Source of the DNA: Candidatus Poribacteria bacterium
GTDB lineage: Bacteria > Poribacteria > WGA-4E > WGA-3G
DNA: 64,000 nucleotides
NCBI GenBank assembly: GCA_965198235.1
Contig: OZ240248.1
Location: 2,016,001 to 2,080,000, forward strand
Direction of reading: 5' to 3'
The position numbers were made by a program, and so were the translations under genes. Shown here piece by piece: positions 40,161 through 52,802 of this stretch (positions within the stretch are counted from its first letter, which is position 1; the number at the start of each line of letters is the position of its first letter). Under the pieces are notes generated by a model. It was not told where the DNA came from. It made no database searches and saw only the letters and a list, made by a program, of their open reading frames with translations.

Positions 40161-41024
40161 TCATTCGCTTTCATTTTGGCGGTTGGCGAGTTGTGTTCGG
40201 AGGCGTTCTAACTCGGCTTCTATTGCCTGTCGTCGTTCTGACTCTTCTCTGGCGAGTCTTTCTGCTGCGAGTCGTCGCTCGGATTCTCCTACTGCCCGTT
40301 CTTCTGCTGCGAGTCGTCGCTCGGATTCTCCTACTGCCCGTTCTTCTGCTGCCACTCGTAGGTGATGTTCCTCCATAAAAGTTGTAATCGGGGTGCCATC
40401 AGGGAGGTAGGAGCGTAACAATCTGACGTGGGTATCCAGTTGATCCTCCCATCGAAAACAGAGATTTAACGCCTCGCTGAACAGACTCCCTTGTGCATCC
40501 GGCGCGAGTTCAACAATGTCCCCCACATCACTACGCCGCCACCCCCGAAACTCCGCAGGTTTCTCCATTTCAGGCTGATGGATGAAATACTCTTGAGCCC
40601 CCATATCTATCAGATAGCGTTGGACTTTTTCATGCCGATCTTCATTCGCTGTCGCATCGGAAAGGAATTCAAAGATAGTTGTAGGAATCGCACCTTCTGC
40701 CCAGGTATAAAAACTGCGCCGCAGCGGATATTTATCAGCCCCCAAGGCGACGTAAACATCGGGAGCGAGGCATTGTGTGATGTCTCCTTCACGGTAGTAG
40801 ATAAAACTGTCAATGCCAACGTGGATGTGTGCATTGATTTGGAAATATCGCGAGAGTTGTTCGTAAAAGACAGCGAGCTGTTCACCGTGAAATTCTGTTG
40901 CGGGCATAGGTTCATCGTCCTCGCAAGGGTAGCCTTCGATGTAAATGGTCGGTTTTCCACTCGCTTTTGGAAAGACAGGCATGTATTTTCTTTGCTTCAA
41001 TTCAAAATCGTTTCGCGTATTCAT
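40161..41024 (-). CDS. Uma2-family endonuclease, close paralog of 37876-38718
   Basis: Near-identical N-terminus (DFELKQRKYMPVFPKASGKP); perfect 42-bp tandem repeat at 40261-40344. Confidence 0.88.
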   Translation of the reverse strand: MNTRNDFELKQRKYMPVFPKASGKPTIYIEGYPCEDDEPMPATEFHGEQLAVFYEQLSRYFQINAHIHVGIDSFIYYREGDITQCLAPDVYVALGADKYPLRRSFYTWAEGAIPTTIFEFLSDATANEDRHEKVQRYLIDMGAQEYFIHQPEMEKPAEFRGWRRSDVGDIVELAPDAQGSLFSEALNLCFRWEDQLDTHVRLLRSYLPDGTPITTFMEEHHLRVAAEERAVGESERRLAAEERAVGESERRLAAERLAREESERRQAIEAELERLRTQLANRQNESE

Positions 41025-41228
41025 GATTTTCTTCCTTTGCGTATCAAGGCAGGAATGTCCCTCAGTTGCGTGAGAAGGTTAAAGCCGTTCTTAATCTTCA
41101 TCCGAATCGGTGTGTTTATAGCAAAGTCTCAAGGTTTCTCTTTTCAGGGCGTTGTAGTGCTATAGACATATCGCTCCTCTGGAGCGGCAAATTGAGCGTC
41201 CATCGGCGTTATGGGTATATCGTTCCTC

Positions 41229-41432
41229 ATGAAATTTCAATAAATAATTCGGTAATTCTATGAGTACAGTTTTCAGCCAAGGATAACACCCAATCCTGCA
41301 AATCCTTTAATCCTGTCCCCCTGATAAGGGGCGGGGAATGCCATACGGCATTCATACCGTTGATTCTTGAGGGGGTTATCCTGATTCAGACAATTAACAC
41401 CTAAATTACCCAATTAAATTCTGAAACTCCAT
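41229..41432. mobile_element. MITE-like element with degenerate ~33-bp inverted ends
   Basis: ATGAAATTTCAATAAATAATTCGGTAATT ... AATTACCCAATTAAATTCTGAAACTCCAT; similar end at 63691-63722; no TSD seen. Confidence 0.45.
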
Positions 41433-41480
41433 AAAGATTTTGCTACAACGCACAGCGATATATTAACTAACAACTATTCC

Positions 41481-42464
41481 TTACGACTCACGTGAAACGA
41501 CGTAATCTGCGAGGGTTTCCAGTGCGATGCGATCGGATGTCTCAGGTAAGACTGCCAATGCGGTTTTGGCGCGGTCGGCGTAGTCTTGAGCGACCTTTAG
41601 GCAGTGTTCCTCAACACTGTATCGTTGGAATAGAGATTTAACAAAAGCGATCGCTTCGGCTCCATCTGTATCAGAGTGCAGCACCTTCTCAAGCATCTGT
41701 TTTTCATCGTCATGACAGGCATATCTTGCATAAATGATAGGGAAGGTGAGTTTTCCTTCGCGGAGGTCGCCGAACGCGTCTTTCCCCAATTTATCGGAAT
41801 CTTCCGTGAAATCGAGCAGGTCATCCACGATTTGGAAAGCGGTTCCAATCTGTTGCCCGTAGGTTGTGAGTGCCTCAACCTGCTCTATCTCTGCTGGGTT
41901 TCCGAGATGTGCACCGAGGGTACAGGACGCAGCGATCAGTTTACCGGTTTTGAAACTGATAATTTTGAGGTATTCGGCTTCGGAGATATCGAAATCGCCA
42001 CTTTTGTATGCGTGTATGACTTCACCTTCACACATTGCCTGTGTGGTATCGGCAAGGATTGCCATCGCCGGATCATCCGCACGACGGGACACAAGCATCG
42101 AAAGCACACGGGCATGCAGGTAATCTCCGACGAGGACTGCCACTTTATTGCCCCATTTCGTCTGTAACGTCTCACGTCCACGGCGGATCGCGGCTTCGTC
42201 GAGCACATCGTCGTGCACGAGCGATGCGACATGGATGAGTTCAACAACGGCGGCAAGGGTGTGCGCATCGCTTCCTTCGTATCCGCAGACTTTGGCAGAA
42301 AGCACAACGAGAATCGGGCGGAGACGTTTACCACCACCTTCCACAACGTGTTGGACCGCCATATCAACGAACGTGTATTCGCTGGCGGTCTGTTCGGTGA
42401 GTTTCGCCTCAACAGCATTGAGGTCGTCGGCGATCAACTGAACAATTTGATCAAAGTTGGACAT
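41481..42464 (-). CDS. Long-chain polyprenyl diphosphate synthase (IspB/HepT-like)
   Basis: GGKRLRP, HVASLVHDDVLD....RRG and FQIVDDLLD motifs. Confidence 0.92.
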   Translation of the reverse strand: MSNFDQIVQLIADDLNAVEAKLTEQTASEYTFVDMAVQHVVEGGGKRLRPILVVLSAKVCGYEGSDAHTLAAVVELIHVASLVHDDVLDEAAIRRGRETLQTKWGNKVAVLVGDYLHARVLSMLVSRRADDPAMAILADTTQAMCEGEVIHAYKSGDFDISEAEYLKIISFKTGKLIAASCTLGAHLGNPAEIEQVEALTTYGQQIGTAFQIVDDLLDFTEDSDKLGKDAFGDLREGKLTFPIIYARYACHDDEKQMLEKVLHSDTDGAEAIAFVKSLFQRYSVEEHCLKVAQDYADRAKTALAVLPETSDRIALETLADYVVSRES

Positions 42465-42783
42465 AATGTAGGGGCAGTCCTTGTAACTGCCTTTTCCCTT
42501 AATGGTGGTCAGTTATCAGTTATCAGTCCTCGGTTAAAGAGGCACGCTGTAACAATTCAGCACTTCTTAGCGTTCCATCCATTTTGAATTTTAGGGTTAG
42601 TTTGTAGTAGTGCGATTTATCGCACTGCTTCGCAGTGAGAAAACGGGCAATGAATGGTTTCCCTACTACGAACGTGGTTACCCCGATTTGAAACTGGTTG
42701 AAGCACGAGGGTCCTCCAAGTTTGGGGAGCGTATTACAAAAACACCTCTTAACTGATAACTGACGACTGAAATCTGAAAACTC

Positions 42784-44070
42784 CTAAACGAGATTCGCCA
42801 ATGCCTGTGTTGCGGCTTGAACGGTGTTGTTGATGTCCTCTTCGGAGTGAACTAAGGAGACAAATCCCGCCTCAAATTGGGAGGGTGCGACATAGACCCC
42901 GCGTTCCAGAAGTCCCCAGAAGTATTGTTGAAAGCGTTCAGTATCCGCTGTGCGCGCGCCATCAGCATCGGTGACAGTTTCTGGCGTGAAATAGAGCATC
43001 AGCATCGAACCGACCCGACTATGCCATGCGTCAATACCGTATCTTTGGGTCGCCTCAGCGAGACCATCTGCAAGGGCAGCAGCCCGACTCTCGAGCTGTT
43101 CATAAACCCCCGGTTCAGCGAGACGTTTCAGCGTCGCTATACCTGCGGTAACGGCTAACGGATTGCCCGACAGCGTTCCCGCCTGATAGACATCGCCTTC
43201 TGGCGCAACACACCGCATGATGTCCCGTTTTCCGCCGTACGCTCCAACAGGCAACCCGCCACCGATAATCTTTCCTAAACAGGTCATGTCAGGTGTAACG
43301 TTATAGTGGGATTGCGCACCCCCATAAGCCACTCGGAAGCCGGTGATAACTTCGTCGAAGATAAGCACAATACCGTGCTCTTCAGTGATTTCACGGAGTT
43401 GATCGAGGTACCCTTCACGAGGTGGGATGATGCCCATATTGCCCATAATCGGTTCGAGAATAAGACAGGCAATTTCGTCTGGGTTCGCTTCTATCGCTTC
43501 ACGGACAGCATCGGGATTGTTGAAGGGGACTGTGAGTGTATTACGTGCGAAGTCTTCAGGGACGCCGCCGCTATCGGAAAGCCCGAACGTTGCGACACCC
43601 GACCCTGCTTTCGCTAACAGATAGTCCACGTGACCGTGATAGCATCCGTCGATTTTGAGGATTTTATCGCGACCGGTATACCCACGTGCGACGCGGATTG
43701 CGCTCATGGTTGCTTCGGTCCCAGAATTGACGAGTCGCACCTGTTCAATCGAAGGTACGGCGTTAACAATGGTTTCAGCGAGTTTAGTCTCTAATGGTGT
43801 TGGTGCGCCGAAACTGGTGCCGTTCGCCGCCACCGAATTGATAGCCTCTATAACGCTCGGATACGCGTGCCCCAAAACCAAAGGACCCCAAGAGGCGACA
43901 TAATCAATATATTCGTTGTCATCAATGTCATAGATTTTTGAGCCGTCGCCACGTGCTATGAAACGGGGATGACCTTCGACTTTACTGAAGTTTCGGACAG
44001 GACTGTTGACCCCGCCGGGAATGAATTGTTGTGATTTTTGCCATGCGGCTAAGGATTTACTGCTCTCCAA
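42784..44070 (-). CDS. hemL: Glutamate-1-semialdehyde 2,1-aminomutase
   Basis: PGGVNSPVR, VNSGTEATM, GKIIGGGLPVGAYGG and QAGTLSGNP motifs. Confidence 0.96.
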   Translation of the reverse strand: MESSKSLAAWQKSQQFIPGGVNSPVRNFSKVEGHPRFIARGDGSKIYDIDDNEYIDYVASWGPLVLGHAYPSVIEAINSVAANGTSFGAPTPLETKLAETIVNAVPSIEQVRLVNSGTEATMSAIRVARGYTGRDKILKIDGCYHGHVDYLLAKAGSGVATFGLSDSGGVPEDFARNTLTVPFNNPDAVREAIEANPDEIACLILEPIMGNMGIIPPREGYLDQLREITEEHGIVLIFDEVITGFRVAYGGAQSHYNVTPDMTCLGKIIGGGLPVGAYGGKRDIMRCVAPEGDVYQAGTLSGNPLAVTAGIATLKRLAEPGVYEQLESRAAALADGLAEATQRYGIDAWHSRVGSMLMLYFTPETVTDADGARTADTERFQQYFWGLLERGVYVAPSQFEAGFVSLVHSEEDINNTVQAATQALANLV

Positions 44071-44109
44071 AGCGTTCCCTCCAAAATCTTTTATGGCTAT
44101 CGGAAACCA

Positions 44110-44268
44110 TCGGCAGTCAGTAGTCAGTAGTGTTCCTTGTGGCGGTAATCACTAACATTCCTACCATCTGTCCTATGCCAGATAACTGATTGCTGATAGC
44201 CGATTGCTAATGCGCTGACCGCTGATTGCTAATTCGCTGACTGCTGACTGCTGATCGCTGACAGCCAG
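44110..44268. repeat. Heptamer-like CTGACTG/CTGATAG short tandem repeats in inverted arrangement
   Basis: CAGTCAGTAGTCAGTAG ... CTGACTGCTGACTGCTGATCGCTGACAG; similar at 20360-20390, 42507-42780, 58693-58740 and 61010-61180. Confidence 0.6.
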
Positions 44269-44269
44269 T

Positions 44270-46227
<1,958 letters not shown>

Positions 46228-46355
46228 GATAGAATGATGGGACCTCCGATAATCATGGTAAATCTGATAATCATTAAAATCATAGTTCAGACTTAATTAT
46301 TTAAAGTATACAAAATTTCTCAGCAAACGGCAAGTCAAATCCTCTAACAGTGGTG

Positions 46356-47441
46356 TCAGCGTTCCTCGTATTCAAAGGGGAAAGTGACAGGCGCGCCGTT
46401 GTTTGCCCAGGAACGTGCCATCGCGACATCGATCTCCCGATCCTTGCGCCCGTTATAAGCACCGTATTCAGGTTCTGTGTCATTACGAACTGCGTTTACA
46501 AGACTCATCAGTTCTGATGCCACAGTAATTTCGCCGTCGCTGAGTGGATAATTTTTCAGCGGATTTTCCCACACTACTTCGGGATCGGTATCCGCCACGA
46601 GGGCGGCTAAGGTTTCGTAGCCGTCAACGCTATTGGTTCTGCGTGAGATGTTAATCGCGCGCTGTCCATCAGCAGAATCGTTTAAAATAACGGCATCGTC
46701 TCGGAAGCACATCCCGCGTTCTGCGTAGAACTTCGAGCCGTTAAAACCTCGCAGTGGCGAGCCGTAGGAGAGGCTACTGAAATTGAAGATGCCGACGGCA
46801 CCATCTGCGAATTCGATGACTGCATGTTGCCAATCCTCAGTGTCACGCGTGGGTTGCCCTTGCCGCCAGATGTGATCTTGAACATCATATCCCTTTCGGA
46901 AGCCATAAACTTGCACGGGTTCATTGTCAAAACCGACGTAGCTACGGATGAGCCCGATGCCGTGATAGCCGTGTCCTCGAAAGTCATTATAGGCGGCGTT
47001 GACTTTCCCGAAAACCCCCGCGAGAATCATCTCCCGTTTTATCCGCTCCGAAGGGACGCGGTAGTAATTTTCATTGACTTCCAATTTTGCGCCGTTCGCC
47101 TGTGCAGACGCGATCATCTTGTCTGCCCATCCGAGATCGGTGTCAATCGGCGTTTCGGTGCAATAACTAACCCCACGCTCGGAACAGAGAAGCCCCGGAA
47201 TGTGATTGTTGCTGGGTGTAATCACAATTGCACAAATGTCAGGTTTCACTGTTGCCAACATCTGTTCAGTATTTGTGTAGGCGGGGACACTGTATTTCTC
47301 ACCCTGTTCAGCGACGCTCTCTTCGCGTGGATCGCAAACGGCGACGAGTTCAAGGTCATCCGTCAATTTCGAGATAAGGGGAATGTAGGTTCCGGCACCG
47401 CGTCTGCCAGTACCGATATGCGCGATTTTGAGTTTATCCAT
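46356..47441 (-). CDS. Gfo/Idh/MocA oxidoreductase
   Basis: LKIAHIGTG and ETP motifs; GGAGGA RBS. Confidence 0.82.
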   Translation of the reverse strand: MDKLKIAHIGTGRRGAGTYIPLISKLTDDLELVAVCDPREESVAEQGEKYSVPAYTNTEQMLATVKPDICAIVITPSNNHIPGLLCSERGVSYCTETPIDTDLGWADKMIASAQANGAKLEVNENYYRVPSERIKREMILAGVFGKVNAAYNDFRGHGYHGIGLIRSYVGFDNEPVQVYGFRKGYDVQDHIWRQGQPTRDTEDWQHAVIEFADGAVGIFNFSSLSYGSPLRGFNGSKFYAERGMCFRDDAVILNDSADGQRAINISRRTNSVDGYETLAALVADTDPEVVWENPLKNYPLSDGEITVASELMSLVNAVRNDTEPEYGAYNGRKDREIDVAMARSWANNGAPVTFPFEYEER

Positions 47442-47616
47442 GGCTTTCCTCCTCCCAGGGGTGTGAGTCGGTAACAGAGGCATTCAATTCTTCCATAATT
47501 TCGATTTTCTGCTTGAGGGGTCTTCGCTGTAGGAGCGAGCTCCAGCTCGCGATGCTTTCGCGAAAACGCCCAAAAATCCGACAATTGAATGGCTCTGGAG
47601 TCGGTAATCGCCTGTG

Positions 47617-48105
47617 TTATTCCACCCAGAAGACATGACTCCGTTCAAAGAGATCGTCCTCTAAGTGGATTTCAACGAACCACTCGCCTGTAATGTCTGG
47701 CAAGTCAATGTAAAACCACGTAATTTTATCGCCGGTTGTTGATGTGAGGGTTTGCTTCTCTGTCCAGAATGGCGGGTCGTCCAAATCGTCTTCTGGTGAG
47801 AACCATGAGACTTTAACGGTGTGGTGTTCTGTGATGTTAGCCCATAAGATCCATAAAAATACCTGGTCGTTGACCCCAGCGGAGAAGGTGGTCGTGATGC
47901 CGTCGGGTCTATCCTCGAAGACGCTGATTGCCAAGACGGAATCTACAATCATCGGTTCGTCGCGTCCTACATCGGTGAGACCGCTTCCGCCGGAAGAGGT
48001 CTCACTACAACCGCTCAGCGCAATCGTCAGCGACAGTAGAACTATCCCGAATGTGGAATATGGCGTTGCGAGCAACGTCTTGATATAGGTGCAGGCTTGA
48101 CGCAC
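47617..48105 (-). CDS. Putative lipoprotein
   Basis: LSGC lipobox; AGGAGG RBS. Confidence 0.7.
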   Translation of the reverse strand: MRQACTYIKTLLATPYSTFGIVLLSLTIALSGCSETSSGGSGLTDVGRDEPMIVDSVLAISVFEDRPDGITTTFSAGVNDQVFLWILWANITEHHTVKVSWFSPEDDLDDPPFWTEKQTLTSTTGDKITWFYIDLPDITGEWFVEIHLEDDLFERSHVFWVE

Positions 48106-48432
48106 GGATTCTCCTCCTATCTTGGGGTGGGGAAGCCCAGTTAGTAAATTTGGTATAAATGCCGAACTCCAGTATATCAGTCCTCGGTTTTTTTGTCAAA
48201 GGAAAATTGGGGAAAGGTAGGGCTATTCAGTTCCCTCCTACAGAAGAACTAATACCATTTCTAAGAGATTATATTGCATGGATGCCTCATATCAAAGTGT
48301 AACAAGACCGCACATGTAGGGGCAGGTCTTGTGCCTGCCCACATTACTACAACTCGGTTCTTTCGTTAAAATCCTATTGAAAATTTTCAATCAGAAATGG
48401 TATAAATAGCCTTGATCCTGCCAAAGTCTGTG

Positions 48433-48461
48433 TTGACATACATCCTTTTTGGTGATAGACT
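48433..48461 (+). promoter_or_regulatory. Sigma-70 promoter
   Basis: TTGACA-N17-TAGACT upstream of the deacylase gene. Confidence 0.55.
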
Positions 48462-48485
48462 GAGACAACAATAGAGGAGTGCCTT

Positions 48486-50033
48486 ATGAGATTTGATACA
48501 ATTATTGCAGACGGAAACATCGTTGACGGAACAGGTAAACGGGAACCGTTTATCGCGGATATCGGCATTCAGGACGACCGGATTGCCGCCATCGGTGACC
48601 TCTCGGAAGCAGAGACACCTCGTCGAATTTCTGCGGAGCGACAGGTTGTCTGCCCCGGTTTTGTTGATGTACACGTGCATTCTGAAATCGCCCTGCTCGG
48701 AGGTCGCGATCAGTTCGCTGCTATCAGCCAAGGTGTGACGACACATTTAGCCGCGCCAGATGGCTTCGGGTGGGCACCTTTATCACCAGAGCAGGCACAA
48801 GAAATGTGGCACTACACGCAGTTCGCTTATGGCGATGCGGAAGTCCCGCTCGATTGGCAAACACCAGACGCATATCTCGGTATGTTCGACGGACGGATCC
48901 CGGCGAACCTCTATCCGCAGGTGCCGCACTGCGCTGTTCGCCTCGGTGCGATGGGGTGGGAGCCGCGCCCAGCAACCGCTGATGAGTTGAAAGTGATGGG
49001 ACGCACAACGCGTGAATGGTTAGAGGCGGGTGCGTGCTGTCTCTGCTTAGGATTGGACTATCAACCCTCCGCAAATGCCGATTTGCACGAATTGGTGCAT
49101 CTCTCAAAAATTGCGGCAGCTTACGATGCCATCTATGCCGCACACATCCGCTACCGCATCCTCGGCAGAAAACAGGCGTGGGAGGAGACGATCGAGATTG
49201 CACAACGTGCCGAAATTCCTGTGCATATCTCGCATGAGCGCGTTGATGATGAAGCCGCGGACGTGCTTGAACGGGTAGAGAAAGAGCAGATAGATTTGAC
49301 GTTTGAGTCCTACCTCTATCCTGCTGGCATGACGCATCTCGCTATGATGCTCCCGATGGAATATCAGACCGGCGCGCCTACTGACATGTTAGCACATCTG
49401 GAAAACCCCGAAGTCCGAGAAAAATCGATCACATACCTGCGCGGAGAATTACGCGGCGGTAACCAGATTGTGGGTTACAACCGATCGGGTAGATTTATCG
49501 GAATGACGCTCGCCGAAGCCGCTGAAAGTGAAGGTAAGTCTTATGAAGAATTCGCCTTCGAGTTCATTCAAGAAGAAGCCACGATTGAAACCTTTGTGAT
49601 GCCGTGGGCAACGCCTCCCGAAGAAAATGAACGCATTTTGAATCGCACTGCGAGCCATCCGCGTATGATGATTGCCAGCGATGGTGTCTACAATATCCCA
49701 CATCCACATCCACGGAGTTATGGATGTTTCGTGCAATATCTCGGCAAATTCGTGCGCGAACGCCAGTTGGTCTCATTGAAAGAAGCCATCTATAAAATGA
49801 GTGGTTTTCCGGCAGAACGTTTTCGACTCTCCGATCGCGGGCGAATTGATCAAGGACTTGCCGCGGATATTGTTGTCTTCGATCCGGAGATTGTCGCAGA
49901 CAGGTCTACGTGGTCCGATCCAGTGCAATCTCCTGTCGGTGTAAACTGGGTGTTCGTCAATGGCGTTTCAGTTGTTGAAGACGGTAACGTGACGGGGCAG
50001 CTACCCGGTAGGGTTCTGCGTCAACAGCGATAG
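48486..50033 (+). CDS. N-acyl-D-amino-acid deacylase (amidohydrolase)
   Basis: PGFVDVHVH, HPRSYG.F and GLAADIVVFDP motifs. Confidence 0.88.
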   Translation: MRFDTIIADGNIVDGTGKREPFIADIGIQDDRIAAIGDLSEAETPRRISAERQVVCPGFVDVHVHSEIALLGGRDQFAAISQGVTTHLAAPDGFGWAPLSPEQAQEMWHYTQFAYGDAEVPLDWQTPDAYLGMFDGRIPANLYPQVPHCAVRLGAMGWEPRPATADELKVMGRTTREWLEAGACCLCLGLDYQPSANADLHELVHLSKIAAAYDAIYAAHIRYRILGRKQAWEETIEIAQRAEIPVHISHERVDDEAADVLERVEKEQIDLTFESYLYPAGMTHLAMMLPMEYQTGAPTDMLAHLENPEVREKSITYLRGELRGGNQIVGYNRSGRFIGMTLAEAAESEGKSYEEFAFEFIQEEATIETFVMPWATPPEENERILNRTASHPRMMIASDGVYNIPHPHPRSYGCFVQYLGKFVRERQLVSLKEAIYKMSGFPAERFRLSDRGRIDQGLAADIVVFDPEIVADRSTWSDPVQSPVGVNWVFVNGVSVVEDGNVTGQLPGRVLRQQR

Positions 50034-50243
50034 ACAGTTTTCTAATTTTCCTTGCGGTGGGATGACGTGGATTCGGTGGTTAACACCCTTACTATAGAGC
50101 CGCCCTCCACTAAAGTGTCGGGCTTGTGTTTTGGAGCGAAGCAGACAGGTTCCCTACGCCCAGTCGCGACTTAACCGAAAACCTGTCTGAAACGAAGTGG
50201 AAGCGTTTTTGCTGGGGCGTTTCTTTGCCCAGGAGACCATAAA

Positions 50244-51698
50244 TTGAAAAATGACTTGACAATTATCGGCGGCGGAAGCGCGGGACTCGTGCTTGCCGTG
50301 GCGGGAGCAAAATTGGGTAAAAAGACCGCGCTTGTGGAGAAGCACCGCATCGGTGGCGACTGCCTTTGGACGGGATGCGTGCCTTCCAAAGCACTCCTGA
50401 AGGTAGCGAAAGTTACAAATTACATCAGGAACGCTGAGAAATACGGCATTACAACCACGAATGCAACGTCTGACTGGCAGCGTGTGATGACGTATGTGAG
50501 GAGCACCCAACACGCGATAGAGGAGGAACACGACAATCCTGAGCGGTTCCGTGAGATGGGGGTTGATGTCATCTTCGGAAACGGACATTTTGAATCCTCT
50601 GATAGCTTTGTTGTAGAAGATACTGAGAACAATCAGACCCGCACCCTCAAGAGTAAAAAGTTTGTGATTAGCACGGGTTCCCGTCCTGTTGCTCCACCTA
50701 TACCCGGCTTAGAATCTTCCGACTACCTTGATAGTGAGAACGTCTGGGATCTTGAAGAGTTCCCCCGTCGTCTACTCGTTGTTGGTGCTGGCCCAATCGG
50801 TATTGAGTTGGGGCAGGCGTTTCATCGCCTCGGTGCGGATGTGACGATAGCACAACGGAGTGGACACATTCTGACGAAAGAGGATGCCGATGTCTCTGAA
50901 CAGATGCTGCGTTACCTCCGCGAGGAGGGGATCACTATCCGACTCAGGACGAATATCGCGCAAGTTAAGAAGCATCAAGAGGGTATCAGTGTCATATTTT
51001 CGGGGTTACAAACCCCTCCCACCAGTAGTGGCGGCAACGAGATGGTGGAACAAACATTTGATAAGATTTTGATTGCCGCGGGGCGCGCACCGAACGTCGA
51101 AGGCTTAGCACTTGACAAAATCGGAGTACAGGTGGGCAGGCGTGGGATTGAAGTGAACAGTAGACTTCAGACAAGCGTGAAAAATATCTATGCCGCAGGC
51201 GATGTGATCGGACATTACTTGTTCACACACGTTGCGGCGTTTCAAGCACAACTGCTCCTCCGAAATATCTTCTTCCCGCTCTCCAAAACGATTAACTACG
51301 CCGTTGTGCCGTGGACAACCTTTTGTGACCCAGAAGTTGCGCGTTGCGGTCTGACGGAAGCAGAGGCGCGCGAGAAGTATGGGGACGTTGATGTATTCAC
51401 GCTGGATCAGGCGGATGTTGACAGAGCCGTCGCTGAAGGTGAGACACACGGTTTTAGCAAAGTCATCGCGAGTCGGTGGACTGGGAAAATATTAGGGGTT
51501 CATCTCGTTGGTGCAAACGCGGGGGAGGTCATCCACGAGTATATCCTGGCGATGCAAGAGGGGATTCCGTTGCGGAAATTGAGTGGGATGATCCATGTGT
51601 ACCCGACGTTTTCAAGCAGTGTCTGGCGCGTGGCAGGCAAATGGTTTTCGGAAAGTACACTGATTCAGACGTTGCGGAAGTTGATTCCGTCAGGTTGA
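50244..51698 (+). CDS. Pyridine nucleotide-disulfide oxidoreductase (mercuric reductase/LPD-like)
   Basis: IIGGGSAG, GGDCLWTGCVPSK, GAGPIG and IHVYPT; no C-terminal CC. Confidence 0.88.
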   Translation: MKNDLTIIGGGSAGLVLAVAGAKLGKKTALVEKHRIGGDCLWTGCVPSKALLKVAKVTNYIRNAEKYGITTTNATSDWQRVMTYVRSTQHAIEEEHDNPERFREMGVDVIFGNGHFESSDSFVVEDTENNQTRTLKSKKFVISTGSRPVAPPIPGLESSDYLDSENVWDLEEFPRRLLVVGAGPIGIELGQAFHRLGADVTIAQRSGHILTKEDADVSEQMLRYLREEGITIRLRTNIAQVKKHQEGISVIFSGLQTPPTSSGGNEMVEQTFDKILIAAGRAPNVEGLALDKIGVQVGRRGIEVNSRLQTSVKNIYAAGDVIGHYLFTHVAAFQAQLLLRNIFFPLSKTINYAVVPWTTFCDPEVARCGLTEAEAREKYGDVDVFTLDQADVDRAVAEGETHGFSKVIASRWTGKILGVHLVGANAGEVIHEYILAMQEGIPLRKLSGMIHVYPTFSSSVWRVAGKWFSESTLIQTLRKLIPSG

Positions 51699-51811
51699 CC
51701 GAATTTATAGGTGATCCTGTTTGTAGTAGGGAAACCATTCATTGCCCGTTGTTGATGTGCGAGAAATCGCACGCCTACGAACCTACCGTAGAATTCAAAA
51801 CGGATAGAACG

Positions 51812-52777
51812 CTACTTTTTCAGTTTCCCCCATGTGGTTGTGAGCAACTGCGGTTGTGGCGAGACAGGTAATGCAAATGCCGGATCGAACCAATCAGAGG
51901 GTACATTCCAGATTCCGGCATCTGTTAATTGTTCAGGCTGGCCGCCGTCTAACACGATTTTGAAGGTTTGTATGTGTTCTGAGCGTCGTCTATAGAGAAG
52001 AGCATCCCCGCGTGGCGACCAGACCGGTGCCGCAGCCCCCAGTCCAGGGGCATTCACAACTTTCTGGAGTCCCGTCCCATCCCGATTCAGTGTATAGATC
52101 GTTCCTTTATCATTTGGTCCCTTTGGGTGCCACATAAACGCGAGTTTATCTCCGTCCGGTGACCAGGCAGGTTCTCTTGCCGTGCTGATGTCATCGGGTG
52201 GAAAAAACACTTTCCGTTTTCGCGTGCGTACGTTGAGGATGTATATGTTCAGGCGGTCGGGTGCGACTCTGACGACATAGGTGATTTCTGTGCCGTCTGG
52301 AGACCAAGCCGGTGTGCCTCCAATTGCTACACGTTCCTCATTTTTCCCATCACTTGTGGCGATGTAGAGGTACCCCACACCCCCATCAAAGCGTTTATAA
52401 GCGATCTGTTTCCCATCGGGCGACCAAGCAGGGTGCCGTCTCTCCTCCGATTTTTCAAACATCGGTTGGACATTTTTCCCATCCGCATCCATCAGGTAGA
52501 TATCTAAACTTCCCGGAGATCGATCGCGATTAGATGCAAAAAGTATCTGTTCTCCCGTCGGCGCCCATGCACCGCCGACATCAGCGGCGCGGTGGTTTGT
52601 GATATTCATCTGCTCGCTGCCATCGGGATTCATCAGATAGAGTTCATGATTTCCATCGCGATAGGTCCCAAATACGATTTTCGCTGTGTCGGGTGCTTTT
52701 GCAGAAACCGAACAAACGCTTGCGCATAATATGACGACACTTAGGACGCATAAAACAAACAGAGGCTTCCCTTGCAT
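51812..52777 (-). CDS. Secreted TolB-like (PD40) beta-propeller protein with LTTTWGKLKK tail
   Basis: Signal peptide; repeated PAWSPDG. Confidence 0.88.
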   Translation of the reverse strand: MQGKPLFVLCVLSVVILCASVCSVSAKAPDTAKIVFGTYRDGNHELYLMNPDGSEQMNITNHRAADVGGAWAPTGEQILFASNRDRSPGSLDIYLMDADGKNVQPMFEKSEERRHPAWSPDGKQIAYKRFDGGVGYLYIATSDGKNEERVAIGGTPAWSPDGTEITYVVRVAPDRLNIYILNVRTRKRKVFFPPDDISTAREPAWSPDGDKLAFMWHPKGPNDKGTIYTLNRDGTGLQKVVNAPGLGAAAPVWSPRGDALLYRRRSEHIQTFKIVLDGGQPEQLTDAGIWNVPSDWFDPAFALPVSPQPQLLTTTWGKLKK

Positions 52778-52802
52778 TATAGACTCCTTTGAAAGACCGA
52801 CT

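Noticed and set aside
50097-50126. Hairpin resembling an IS200/IS605 end
   Set aside because: No partner end or transposase nearby; too short to call
50244-51698. merA mercury-resistance call
   Set aside because: No C-terminal Cys-Cys, no N-terminal metal-binding domain and no mer operon
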